In this document: positions 39,041 to 48,906 of the stretch, in pieces | Numbering within the stretch: the first letter of the stretch is position 1 | Layout: each line of letters opens with the position of its first letter | Assembly (NCBI GenBank): GCA_965205605.1 | Contig: CBDBHE010000007.1 | Span: 64,001-128,000, forward strand | Direction of reading: 5' to 3' | Length of the DNA stretch: 64,000 nt | DNA from: Spirochaetota bacterium | GTDB taxonomy: Bacteria > Spirochaetota > UBA12135 > COTS27 > CBDBHE01 | Program-made: the position numbers and the translations under genes | Notes under the pieces: generated by a model | Told to the model about the DNA's origin: nothing | The model's database searches: none | The model's input: only the letters and a program-made list of their open reading frames with translations

Positions 39041-39436
39041 ATGTACTTAACAACATATAAACCATTTGACAATTTAATCGACAATTTTTTTTCATTAGAA
39101 AAGACTAAAAATACCTTTGAGCCTAAAGCCAATATCTATGAAGATGACAAAAGCTACCATATCGATCTTGAGCTTGCTGGTGTCAACAAAAAAGATATTA
39201 AGATTGAAATTAAAGAAGGAGCCCTTTCGATCAAAGGAGAAAAAGAGAAGAAAATAAAAGAACCTAACCGTATCGAATCTTTCTACGGAAAGTTTGAAAG
39301 AAGCTTTAATTTAGGAGATGAAGTAGAAGAAGCATCTATTGAAGCCAATCATAAAGATGGCATTCTTTCAATTACTTTACCTAAAAGAGAAGAAGTAAAA
39401 GAAAAAAAATTGATCAAAAAAATAGAGATTAAGTAA
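39041..39436 (+). CDS. Hsp20/alpha-crystallin small heat-shock protein
   Basis: ELAGVNKKDI, ESFYGKFERSF, ANHKDGILSITLPK. Confidence 0.95.
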   Translation: MYLTTYKPFDNLIDNFFSLEKTKNTFEPKANIYEDDKSYHIDLELAGVNKKDIKIEIKEGALSIKGEKEKKIKEPNRIESFYGKFERSFNLGDEVEEASIEANHKDGILSITLPKREEVKEKKLIKKIEIK

Positions 39437-39457
39437 ATCAAGTAAATCATTTTTTTT

Positions 39458-39492
39458 AAAGGGAGCTTTTCTTGAAAAGAGCTCCCTTTTTT
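39458..39492. terminator. Bidirectional intrinsic terminator between hsp20 and queD
   Basis: AAAGGGAGCT...AGCTCCCTTT hairpin followed by a T run, between convergent genes. Confidence 0.85.
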
Positions 39493-39516
39493 AAAAGGAC
39501 TTACAATTTCTTTAAA

Positions 39517-40050
39517 TTAAAAATCATTAATAGAAAAGTCATTTCGAGTCCACCAAGCTGTTTTGTTACTACCAGTAGGTAAATAATGAAGATAAACTTT
39601 CTCCCCTTGTAAAGAAACCATATTTGTGGGAGTTTCTTCTATTTCTATTTTAGTACAGTTAACAAATAAACCTTCTCCATCAAGGAAAACTTGCAGCTTT
39701 GACATTAAACAGGCGCAAAGCATTTCTGTGGTAGGGTCTCCTGGAGTGATAACGATTCTTTTTAAAGTTTCTTTTTCTTTGTCTTTAAAAAAGTTTATCA
39801 AAGGATCTTTTTGAGATAACTGGAAAGCATGATCGATATGATTATCAATGAAATCATGCCATTTCTTTTTTAGGTTTTCAAAAATTTCCACCATATTTTG
39901 ATGACCATCAAGTGGCTTTGATTGCTTTGCTTGTAAAAAAACTCGGATCATTTCATTATGCCCATGAGGCACAGAACATTTTTTAGAGCTTCCAGAAATA
40001 AGGCGATGAGCCATACTAAAGCGACGTCTAAAAATAAGTTTAAATCCCAT
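39517..40050 (-). CDS. queD: 6-carboxytetrahydropterin synthase (QueD/PTPS family)
   Basis: AHRL, CSVPHGHN, IDH, PTTE, EETP; downstream of folE. Confidence 0.8.
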   Translation of the reverse strand: MGFKLIFRRRFSMAHRLISGSSKKCSVPHGHNEMIRVFLQAKQSKPLDGHQNMVEIFENLKKKWHDFIDNHIDHAFQLSQKDPLINFFKDKEKETLKRIVITPGDPTTEMLCACLMSKLQVFLDGEGLFVNCTKIEIEETPTNMVSLQGEKVYLHYLPTGSNKTAWWTRNDFSINDF

Positions 40051-40059
40051 TTTAATGAC

Positions 40060-40755
40060 TTAAAAGAAATCCCCAAACCCGTGACTTTTAATCACTTGAA
40101 AAAAATCTTTTTTAAGACTTTCATTGCTTTTCATACAGCCTCTAAAAACAGAAGTACTCATATTAGTGGCAGGTTCTTTAACACCTCTCCAATGCATACA
40201 AAAATGCTTTGCTTGAACAAGGACACCAACTCCTTTAGGAGAAACTGTTTTTTCAATCAAATCAGCAATTTCTACCGTTGCTTCTTCTTGAATCTGTGGT
40301 CGACTCATAATCCAATTTAAAAGACGACTAAATTTTGAAATCCCCACAACCCGTTCACTAGGCACAACTCCCACCCAAGCTTTACCAATAACAGGTACAA
40401 AATGATGACTACAAGTACTCCGCACTGTAATTGGCCCTAAGACATACAGTTCATCAAGTTTTTTAAAATTAGGATAATCTTTCGTTTCAGGAATCGGATA
40501 ATATCGACCTCGAAAGACTTCATCAATATACATTTTAGCAATTCGTTTACTCGTCTCTTGTACATTATGATCATTTGCTGTGTCAATGATTAAAATTTCC
40601 AACAGCTCTTGTATTTTTGCTTCAATTTCTATTTTAAGAGCTTCTATTTCTTCCCCTCTGATAAAAGCTGAAATATTATCATTGGCAAAAAAAGAAGCTT
40701 TTTTATCTAATATTCGTTTTTTAATCGTTTTAGAAATAGGTGCTTCATCTGGCAT
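40060..40755 (-). CDS. folE: GTP cyclohydrolase I
   Basis: ETSKRIAKMY, STCSHHFVP, GISKFSR, RPQIQE, HFCMHWRGV. Confidence 0.95.
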   Translation of the reverse strand: MPDEAPISKTIKKRILDKKASFFANDNISAFIRGEEIEALKIEIEAKIQELLEILIIDTANDHNVQETSKRIAKMYIDEVFRGRYYPIPETKDYPNFKKLDELYVLGPITVRSTCSHHFVPVIGKAWVGVVPSERVVGISKFSRLLNWIMSRPQIQEEATVEIADLIEKTVSPKGVGVLVQAKHFCMHWRGVKEPATNMSTSVFRGCMKSNESLKKDFFQVIKSHGFGDFF

Positions 40756-40946
40756 GGAATAAGTTAAATTTAAAAAAAAACGTTTAAATTAATATTTATT
40801 AATTTATTTATTTTTCAAACGACTCCTTAATGTTAATATTTTAATTAAATATAACATCATTATTTATTAAGATAAAAAATTTAATCTTATTTTTAGTTTT
40901 TACCTTTTTAAATAGATTGATTCTCTTAAAATACAAATAACCTAAA

Positions 40947-41645
40947 ATGACTTCTTCTCTTTTACCATCCCTTGTTGTTGAAACAGGCAACCATCCAAGT
41001 CATGTTGTTATTTGGCTTCACGGATTGGGAGCAGATGGCGAAGATTTTAAAGATATTGTTCATGAGTTAAAACTTCCAAAAGATAAACCGGTTCGATTTA
41101 TTTTCCCTCATGCTCCTTATCGAAAAATAACTATCAATGGGGGGGTAGAAATGAGAGCTTGGTGCGATAGTGTCGGTTTTGAAATCACAAGTCGTATTGA
41201 CTTAGAAGGGGTAAAGCAATCTAAAAAAAAAATCGAAGCCCTCATCAAAGCTGAAAAAAATAAAGGGATTGCTTCTGAAAAAATGATTCTAGCTGGGTTT
41301 TCTCAAGGAGGTGCCATTGCTTTACAAACGGCTCTTTTAAGCCAAACAAAACTAGGGGGAGTGATGGCTTTATCGACTTATTTTCCAAGCCTTTTTGTGT
41401 TTGAAAAAATGAAAAAAAATGAAGTCGAAGAAAAATTAACGATTAACAAAAAAATCCCTATTTTTTTAGCTCACGGCAAAGAAGATCCTGTAGTCCCTTT
41501 AAAAGCAGCTTTACTTTCCAAAATTTTTTTTGAAAAACACCAACTAAATGTAACCTATAAAGAATACTCAATGCCTCATAGCCTCTGTGAACAAGAAATT
41601 GAAGATATTTCATCATGGCTTACAAAAAGACTAAACTCCAAATAA
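40947..41645 (+). CDS. Phospholipase/carboxylesterase (alpha/beta hydrolase)
   Basis: WLHGLGADG, GFSQGG, HGKEDPVV, MPHS. Confidence 0.93.
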   Translation: MTSSLLPSLVVETGNHPSHVVIWLHGLGADGEDFKDIVHELKLPKDKPVRFIFPHAPYRKITINGGVEMRAWCDSVGFEITSRIDLEGVKQSKKKIEALIKAEKNKGIASEKMILAGFSQGGAIALQTALLSQTKLGGVMALSTYFPSLFVFEKMKKNEVEEKLTINKKIPIFLAHGKEDPVVPLKAALLSKIFFEKHQLNVTYKEYSMPHSLCEQEIEDISSWLTKRLNSK

Positions 41646-41833
41646 AAGCATTGCTTGTTTATAGTTTTTTCAGATTTATCAAAGTGAAAAATAAAATAAA
41701 CAATCAAAAAAAAGTAATGGTTTAAAATATTAAATTAAATTAAATTAAAGTTACAATAGAGTGTAATAAATGATATTGTATAATTTACACACCTTAAATC
41801 AATATTAGAGCATTATAATAGGAGAAAAAAAAT

Positions 41834-44386
41834 ATGAATTTTAATCGTAGAAATTTTTTAAAAACAACTACTATCAGTAGTGGTCTTTTATTATTACCAT
41901 TTAGTTTAGAAAAAAAATTATGGGGACTGGAGTCTTCGGGGTCTTTACTTAAAGACAAACAAGCCTTTTTGGATAAGTTAAGACTTGGGTTTTCAAAAAC
42001 TGGCTATCGAAAAAATACTGATGAAGGATTGGAAGTGAAGGCTCTTGTAAAGGAAGGCCTTAAATCTCTTAATAAAAAAATCAGCGAACAGGGGACATTA
42101 ATAGAAAAACCAATCAATTTAAAAAACATCCCAACGTATTGTAGGTATGCTTGGGCCCTTGCTATATTATCAAAAGGAAAAAATGAGAGTGATGGAGAGA
42201 TTTATGGGGTAATAAAGAAAAAGATGTATCGTATGGCTATAATCATTCATAGGGTAGAAGTAACAAAGCCCAATAGTTATAAACGTTTTCATTTTTCGTG
42301 TTTTGCCATACCGAATACTTTTGTTAATGTGTATTTTTATAATTTTAAAGATATGGTTGGAGTAGAGAAAGGGACCATAAAAGACCCCTTAATCGTAAAA
42401 GGACACGACGTAATTGTCGAACTAGCAAAGCAGGCTTGGACACAACCGTATAGGAATGATGAAACTGATAAAAATCCATTCCAAATTGCTCGTTTTAAAG
42501 GGCATGTTTGGTGGGTAACGGCTAATGCTATCACTTATAGGCCTGTCTATCCAGTTGCAGTTGCTTTAAATTCTATTGTTGGTATTGATGTATTGGTGGA
42601 GGTCTGTAATAGAGCCATTGATTTTCTTTACCCAGGAAACAAAAAAGACCCATTTTGGGAGGAAGGGTTTACCTCTGATGGTCTTGGATGGGGACATGGC
42701 ACTCAAAATTATACATTTGGTTACCCTGCACAAGGGGTTCAGGCACTACTTGACATGAAAAAAAATTTCCTCAATTCACCTTGGGATAAAGGAAGTCGTG
42801 AACAAACTAGAACTAATGTGAAAATATTTTACGTACTCAAAGCTTTTGTACGTGGATCTCAGTGGATGAGGTACAAGGGTTTCATACACCCAGTAACAGG
42901 ACGTAATTGTAAACAATATGTTGAGCCAAAAGCTAGAGATGCTTCTAAAAGTAAATTTGTTGGTATACTTAAAAATATATTAAATCATTTTGTAGATTAT
43001 CTCCCTTCGGTTATTAAAGATAAACAAAAATTTGGAGTGTATGAAAAAGAAATATTAGATTTAAAAAAAGAAATGAAAAGTAAAACAGGTGTTTTTATGG
43101 ATGATTATAAAGGTGTTTATACAGGAACAAAATATTTTTGGTGCAATGACCTGATGATTCGTAAAAGTAGAAATTTTTACTGTACCATTAATATGGCTTC
43201 ATCAAGAGTGAGTGGTATTGAGTTTGGGTCTGATGATAAAAATCAAAATGATATGTATCATTATCATTCTGCAGCTGGTTCGACTTTTTTTTCTAAGGAA
43301 GGTTATGAAGCCTGCCATGCTCTTGGGGGCCATAATCTTACTGCTTTACCAGGGGTGACGGCTAAACGTGGGGAAAATAGTGACATTTTTAGTATCACTA
43401 CTTGGAAGGGTTTTAATAGTTTCCACAACTTTTGTGGTGGCACAGGGTTACGTGGGCGTAATGCATGTTGTGGTTTTATCCAAGAGTTTAATACAAGGAA
43501 TGAAAAAATTAAAAGCCTACCTAAGGTTGTAATGGGGGTGTATGTGAAGAAAGGTTATTTTATTTTTGATGACATGATGCTTGCTTTAGGGACTGGCATT
43601 AAATTAACCTCATCTGGATCTAACAAATTCCCGATATGCACAACGGTCGAAACTGCTTATTTTGAAAACCCAATAACCGTTACAGAAAATGGGAAATCAA
43701 AAACTTACGATACAACAAAAAAAAATAACGTTAATTTTGTTTTAAAGAAAAGTAAAACAGATGCCCTCAATTGGATCGAGCAAGAAAATAAATTTGCGTA
43801 TGCTCCCCTCAGTAAACATAACAAGAGTGCTGTAGAGGTGGAAATTGGTGATCGAAAAACGATTTGGAACAGACAAAGTTATCCAAATCAGAAGAAAAAA
43901 AACTTACCTAAAAATATGAACGTTCTTGATATTCGTATTAATCACGGCAAGAGCCCATTTAAGGGCGGATATGCGTATTTAGTCTATATGGGTGATAAAA
44001 AAGCTTCTCAGTCATTTAAAACATCCCCTATACAAGTCATTTCTAATAGCAGTAAAGTACAAGCGGCTTTGTATTCTAATGGAAAAAATAGTCAAGTGGT
44101 ACAGGCTGTTTTTTATAAAAGTTCTACTTTAGAAATCACAAAAGATTTTAAAATAAAAGCTACTATGCCATGTATTTTTACGTTTGAAGAGGAAAATGGT
44201 AGTGTGAAAGTGACTTTGTGTGATCCCCTATTCGATGTTTCTTTAAAGTCTATAAAAATTTCAATAACAAAGCCAATTGAAGGCAAAGCGGTTAAGAAGA
44301 AAAAAAAATGGTATGAAATCAACCTAAAGAGTGCTAGAAAGCCTTATGTAGGTCGACCAGTGAGTGCAAATTTCAAATTAGTTTAG
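41834..44386 (+). CDS. Polysaccharide lyase family 8, Tat-exported
   Basis: NRRNFLK twin-arginine signal; EEGFTSDG.GWGH-x8-Y, TGRN, LTALPGVT, KGYFIFDD, TTVE, NHGKSP..GYAYLV; RBS AGGAG. Confidence 0.88.
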   Translation: MNFNRRNFLKTTTISSGLLLLPFSLEKKLWGLESSGSLLKDKQAFLDKLRLGFSKTGYRKNTDEGLEVKALVKEGLKSLNKKISEQGTLIEKPINLKNIPTYCRYAWALAILSKGKNESDGEIYGVIKKKMYRMAIIIHRVEVTKPNSYKRFHFSCFAIPNTFVNVYFYNFKDMVGVEKGTIKDPLIVKGHDVIVELAKQAWTQPYRNDETDKNPFQIARFKGHVWWVTANAITYRPVYPVAVALNSIVGIDVLVEVCNRAIDFLYPGNKKDPFWEEGFTSDGLGWGHGTQNYTFGYPAQGVQALLDMKKNFLNSPWDKGSREQTRTNVKIFYVLKAFVRGSQWMRYKGFIHPVTGRNCKQYVEPKARDASKSKFVGILKNILNHFVDYLPSVIKDKQKFGVYEKEILDLKKEMKSKTGVFMDDYKGVYTGTKYFWCNDLMIRKSRNFYCTINMASSRVSGIEFGSDDKNQNDMYHYHSAAGSTFFSKEGYEACHALGGHNLTALPGVTAKRGENSDIFSITTWKGFNSFHNFCGGTGLRGRNACCGFIQEFNTRNEKIKSLPKVVMGVYVKKGYFIFDDMMLALGTGIKLTSSGSNKFPICTTVETAYFENPITVTENGKSKTYDTTKKNNVNFVLKKSKTDALNWIEQENKFAYAPLSKHNKSAVEVEIGDRKTIWNRQSYPNQKKKNLPKNMNVLDIRINHGKSPFKGGYAYLVYMGDKKASQSFKTSPIQVISNSSKVQAALYSNGKNSQVVQAVFYKSSTLEITKDFKIKATMPCIFTFEEENGSVKVTLCDPLFDVSLKSIKISITKPIEGKAVKKKKKWYEINLKSARKPYVGRPVSANFKLV

Positions 44387-44820
44387 AAAAAGAAAAAGAA
44401 GAACGTTTCCTGGTGGTTTTTTTCTATTGTTGATGAAGGACTTGCTAAAAGTATAATTTAGAAAATCCTAACTAGACTATATAGACACTTATCATAGACA
44501 CTTAATTTGTCAGAGGAAACTTGTTTTTTTTTGACATCTACCAAATTATTTGGAGTTTCTAATGTTTAACAGAAACTTCCCGAGGAAATCATACGAAAAT
44601 AAATATATTAGTATCCAGAAGAGCTTGTAAAAAAAGGGAAGGTCGTTGTTTATGATGAGGATGATATTGTTTTTCTAAAAGATGGCAATCAGAAAATAAA
44701 AAATATTGTGATTTCACAAAAAGAAAATTTGAATATTTTATAGCAAGAACATTTTTATAAAATTAGATGGATTTGGTTTCAATTTATTTTTATTGGTGTA
44801 AATTTGTAGGTTGCTATACA

Positions 44821-46116
44821 TTAAGAACGAACATGCCCTTCTCCATACACTTTGTACTTAAATGTTGTTAAATCACGTACCCCCATGGGGCCTCTTGCAT
44901 GTAACTTTCCTGTTGAAATCCCTACCTCAGCTCCAAGACCAAAACAACCCCCATCTGAAAAACGAGTTGACGCATTCACTAAAACACAAGCCGAATCCAC
45001 TTCTTCTAAAAAACGTTTTTGATTTTCATAACTCTCAGTAACAATCCCATCGGTATGATGAGAAGAATAAGTATTAATCCACTTTATCGCTTCATCAGTG
45101 TCACTGATTATTTTAACAGAAAGCTTCATAGCTAAAAATTCTGTTTGAAAATCTTCTAACGTCGCTTTTTTAATCTCTTTAAAAAAAGAAGCACTTTCCT
45201 CGTCTCCTAAAATCTCAACCCCACTATCAAGCAAAGCTCGTAGTAAAGACTGTGTTGCTGGGTATTTTTTATGAATTAAAAGTGTTTCGACTGCATTACA
45301 CACTCCAGGTCGCTGAGTTTTAGCGTTGATCACAATTGATTTAGCCATGCTTTCTTTTGCATTTGCATCAATAAACAAATGACACAGTCCACTATCATGT
45401 TTAATAACCGGTATAGAGGTATGATCTAAAACATAATCAATCAACCCTTTACCACCTCTAGGAATGACCAAGTCAATCAAGTCTTTTTCCATAAGCAGTC
45501 CTCGCATCTTAGTCCTATCAATATCATCAATAAGCTGCATCCCATTTAAAGAAATGTTTGCTTTCTCAAAACTTTTCAAAATCAAATCTGAAAAAACTCT
45601 ATTGGTAAAAGAGGCTTCCCTCCCTCCCCTTAAAATACAAGCATTCCCACTCTTTAAACAAAGAGAAGCAATATCAATGACCACATTAGGTCTTGATTCA
45701 AAAATAACAAATAACACTCCAATTGATACCCTCTGTTGATAAACCGTCAGTCCATTGGGCAGTTTTTTAGAATACACAATTTCTCCTACTGGATCCTCAA
45801 GCTGTTCAATTGATTTAACCGCTTGGCTTAACAATTTAAGGCGATCTGAGTTTAACGTTAAGCGATCCACTAAAGACGCTTTTAAATTAGTTTCTTTTGC
45901 CTTCTCAAGATCTTTTTTGTTTTCATTTAAAATAAAAGTCTTCTCTTTAAGCAATAATTCACTCAAAAAAGATAAAGCAAGATTTTTAGTTTCTGTTTTA
46001 AGAAGACTTAAACTATAAGCTGCTCTCTTAGCCTTAAAAGCGATTTGCTTAAAATCTAAATTAGAATGATTTTCTTGCAAAAAAAAATCAACCCCACTTT
46101 TCAATATCTTGTTCAA
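44821..46116 (-). CDS. proA: Gamma-glutamyl phosphate reductase
   Basis: IFESRPNV, LRGGREA, IPRGG, QRPGVCNAVET, VNASTRFSDG, STGKLHARGPMG. Confidence 0.97.
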   Translation of the reverse strand: MNKILKSGVDFFLQENHSNLDFKQIAFKAKRAAYSLSLLKTETKNLALSFLSELLLKEKTFILNENKKDLEKAKETNLKASLVDRLTLNSDRLKLLSQAVKSIEQLEDPVGEIVYSKKLPNGLTVYQQRVSIGVLFVIFESRPNVVIDIASLCLKSGNACILRGGREASFTNRVFSDLILKSFEKANISLNGMQLIDDIDRTKMRGLLMEKDLIDLVIPRGGKGLIDYVLDHTSIPVIKHDSGLCHLFIDANAKESMAKSIVINAKTQRPGVCNAVETLLIHKKYPATQSLLRALLDSGVEILGDEESASFFKEIKKATLEDFQTEFLAMKLSVKIISDTDEAIKWINTYSSHHTDGIVTESYENQKRFLEEVDSACVLVNASTRFSDGGCFGLGAEVGISTGKLHARGPMGVRDLTTFKYKVYGEGHVRS

Positions 46117-47089
46117 TATGAGTTATGATTTTATGATCAATGGCTTTCATACAATTTTCCAAAGCACTAAAAACTGCCTTAGCTCCACTGCTACCATGTC
46201 CAATATAAATAGGTTTTTTAACCCCTATCAAATTAGCTCCTCCAAAAGATTCTGCATCAGTATTCTTTTTGATACTTTTAAAAACTTCTTTTAAAAGGTA
46301 CCCTCCTAATTTATACTTAAAACTCGTATAAACTTCCTTTCGGATTGTAGATGTTATCGCTTTAACACCGGTTTCTAAAGACTTAAGCAGTATATTACCA
46401 ACAAATCCATCCGCCACAATCACATCGACTTTATTAGTCAAACAATGAGCTGGTTCAATATTTCCTATAAAATCATAAGGAAGCTTTTCAAGCATTTTAT
46501 AAACTTTAAAAGTTAATTCATTACCTTTGGTGGATTCTTCTCCAACGCTTAAAAGACCTATTTTAGGAGAAACATTTCCCAAAATATACTTCACATAGTT
46601 ATAGCCCATCACCGCAAATTGTTTTAAATACCTAGGGTGACAATCCACATTAGCCCCCGCATCTAATAAGTAAGAAAATGACCCATCTTTTCTCGGTAAA
46701 GGAGACATGATAGCAGGTCGCTTGACTCCATCAATGCGACCCACAATCAAAAGAGCTGCTGCTAAAGTGGCTCCTGTATTTCCAGGAGAAAAAAAACTAT
46801 CATAAAGACCATTTTTAAGCCCACGACAACCAACCATAACAGAGGCATTTTTTTTAGCCCGACACGCTTTGGAAGGATGCTCATCCATTGAAATGACTTC
46901 TTCAGCATGAATTAAGGTAATACGATTTTTATCATAAGAAAATGTTTCTAAATTTTCTTTAATAACAAACCGATCTCCAACCAAAAAAGTATGAAGATTT
47001 TTATATTGTTTACAAGCACTCAAGCACCCTTTGATAAGCTCATAAGGGGGCATATCGCCACTCATGACATCCACACCAATTTTTAACAT
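46088..47089 (-). CDS. plsX: Phosphate acyltransferase PlsX
   Basis: DVMSGD, SPGNTGA, RPAI, LDAGAN, GEESTKGN, DGFVGN, GHGSS. Confidence 0.96.
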   Translation of the reverse strand: MLKIGVDVMSGDMPPYELIKGCLSACKQYKNLHTFLVGDRFVIKENLETFSYDKNRITLIHAEEVISMDEHPSKACRAKKNASVMVGCRGLKNGLYDSFFSPGNTGATLAAALLIVGRIDGVKRPAIMSPLPRKDGSFSYLLDAGANVDCHPRYLKQFAVMGYNYVKYILGNVSPKIGLLSVGEESTKGNELTFKVYKMLEKLPYDFIGNIEPAHCLTNKVDVIVADGFVGNILLKSLETGVKAITSTIRKEVYTSFKYKLGGYLLKEVFKSIKKNTDAESFGGANLIGVKKPIYIGHGSSGAKAVFSALENCMKAIDHKIITHIEQDIEKWG

Positions 47090-47113
47090 TTTTAAAAAGT
47101 TAAAAAAAACAAT

Positions 47114-47293
47114 CTAATCTTTTTTAATGATTGTTTTGCCCTTATACATACCACAATGATGACAAACATGATGAGGCTTCCTTTTTTGACCACACTCAGA
47201 ACAAAGGGATAAGGTATCAAAGCTCCTCTTATCGTTAGCCCGTCTTCTCATCATTGTTTTTGATTTTGACTTTCGAAATTTTTGTACTGCCAT
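47114..47293 (-). CDS. rpmF: 50S ribosomal protein L32 (59 aa, absent from the ORF track)
   Basis: MAVQKFRKSKSKTMMRRRAN...CSECGQKRKPHHVCHHCGMYKGK; canonical position before plsX. Confidence 0.95.
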   Translation of the reverse strand: MAVQKFRKSKSKTMMRRRANDKRSFDTLSLCSECGQKRKPHHVCHHCGMYKGKTIIKKD

Positions 47294-47866
47294 TTTATTT
47301 TTATTTTAAAAAAACCTTTTTTGAATTCAAATCAAATAATTTGTTTATTTTAAAAAATTATTAAAAATCATAGCATTATTTTTTTAATACTTCAAATTAA
47401 AAAACAAGCAACCTATAGTTATCATTTTTAACTTTATTTTTATTCCCTTATTTAAAGGGACCCCTTCAAAAAATTTTATAGGAAAAGATCCCAATATAAG
47501 GTGTTTTTTAAAAGACAATATGATTTTTAGAAATGTCTCTTTTAAACCAAATACACAGATCACCTTGTTCTTTTAAAATGTAATTGAAAAAAAGGTATCA
47601 AAAATACCTTATGGGAAAGGGTAACAATCCAGTTTTAATTGATTCTCAAACAACTACCTTTGGTTTAATGATTTTTTTTTCCATTAAAAAAGGTGACCGG
47701 AAGCTCATTTTTTGCACTGATTTAGGGGCATGGGGTTTCAAAAAACTTGAAAACATAAAGACACAAAAAAAATATAAACTCATAAACAATTTCTCTCTTT
47801 TACAACTCTTTGGCTTGAAAGAAGATCTAGATTGAATAAAAATTCTAAAGAAACTATAAAAGCTCG

Positions 47867-47895
47867 TTGAGATTTTTAAAGAATAATGCTAAAAT
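47867..47895 (+). promoter_or_regulatory. Sigma-70 promoter for rplU operon
   Basis: TTGAGA-N17-TAAAAT with extended TG. Confidence 0.6.
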
Positions 47896-47912
47896 AGCCA
47901 AAGGAATTAAAA

Positions 47913-48233
47913 ATGATTGGTATTATTGAAATTAAAGGCAAGCAATATTTTTTTGATAAAGAAAAAGCAACTCTTAAAGTAGACCGTCTTGATTTAAAAG
48001 AAAAATCTATTTACAAAGACATCAAAGTACTTTATTTTAAAGATAAAAATGGTAATGTACATATCGGCCAACCTTATGTAAAAAATGCTTTTGTTAAAGC
48101 AACTATTGAAAAAGAAATTAAAGCTGAAAAAATCCTTGTGAGACGATACAAGCCTAAAAGTGGTTATCAAAAATCAAGAGGACATCGACAAAAATTAACT
48201 TCTCTTAAAATTGAAGAAATTTCTATTTCCTAA
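47913..48233 (+). CDS. rplU: 50S ribosomal protein L21
   Basis: IIEIKGKQY, IGQPYV, YKPKSGYQKSRGHRQ. Confidence 0.96.
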   Translation: MIGIIEIKGKQYFFDKEKATLKVDRLDLKEKSIYKDIKVLYFKDKNGNVHIGQPYVKNAFVKATIEKEIKAEKILVRRYKPKSGYQKSRGHRQKLTSLKIEEISIS

Positions 48234-48280
48234 ATTTTTTTTTTACCATTTCAATTAAAAAATTTTCTTTTCTATTAGAA

Positions 48281-48646
48281 TTGAAAACGTTGATTAAAAC
48301 AAAAATTATTTTAAAAAAAGAAACCATCAAACAAATGACAACTACCGGTCACGCTTCTTATCCTTTAATTTTAAGAGGTTTGTTTCCAAAATTAAATTAT
48401 TATCACAACCTTTGTACTGCTTTATCTACTTTAGAATACCATTTTATTTATTCTTTAAAATTAATGACTCAAGTTGCTTTTGATACCAACATCAAAAAAG
48501 GCTTTTTTGATTGCCAAATCAATCAGACTCCTGAAAAAGATTTATCTACTTTAAAAGTGCTTTCTCAATCTTTTTTAATTGGAATTGAAATGGTAAAAAA
48601 AAAACATAAAACCATGTTAGATTATGAAATTAAAAAAGCATCGTAG
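48281..48646 (+). CDS. Ribosomal-processing cysteine protease-like protein (Prp/DUF464)
   Basis: Between rplU and rpmA; TGHA and LCTALSTL motifs. Confidence 0.75.
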   Translation: MKTLIKTKIILKKETIKQMTTTGHASYPLILRGLFPKLNYYHNLCTALSTLEYHFIYSLKLMTQVAFDTNIKKGFFDCQINQTPEKDLSTLKVLSQSFLIGIEMVKKKHKTMLDYEIKKAS

Positions 48647-48657
48647 GAGAAAAAATC

Positions 48658-48903
48658 ATGGCAAGTAAAAAAGGAAAAGGATCAACTGCTAACGGTAGAG
48701 ATAGTCAGTCCAAACGTCTTGGAATCAAAAAATACGATGGAGAAGTTATTAAAGCCGGTAATATTATAGTACGCCAAAGAGGGACTCGTTTTTATCCTGG
48801 TGAAAATGTTTCTATAGGGAGAGATCATACTCTTTTTGCTCTTAAACAAGGTCAGGTAAAGTTTTTTTCTAGTAAAAATAAAAAACTCGTTAGTGTTATT
48901 TAA
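48658..48903 (+). CDS. rpmA: 50S ribosomal protein L27
   Basis: [38 protein letters not shown]. Confidence 0.98.
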   Translation: MASKKGKGSTANGRDSQSKRLGIKKYDGEVIKAGNIIVRQRGTRFYPGENVSIGRDHTLFALKQGQVKFFSSKNKKLVSVI

Positions 48904-48906
48904 CTA

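Noticed and set aside
40756-40946. preQ1 riboswitch upstream of folE-queD
   Set aside because: No recognisable preQ1 stem-loop or 3' A-rich consensus; the region is almost pure A/T.
41670-41705. Third copy of the PL8-flanking repeat upstream of lyase 2 (TTTATCAAAGTGAAAAATAAAA)
   Set aside because: Similarity is short and low-complexity; could arise by chance.
47584-47835. 83-aa ORF between rpmF and rplU
   Set aside because: TTG start without clear RBS or motif; may be a decayed fragment and cannot be supported.
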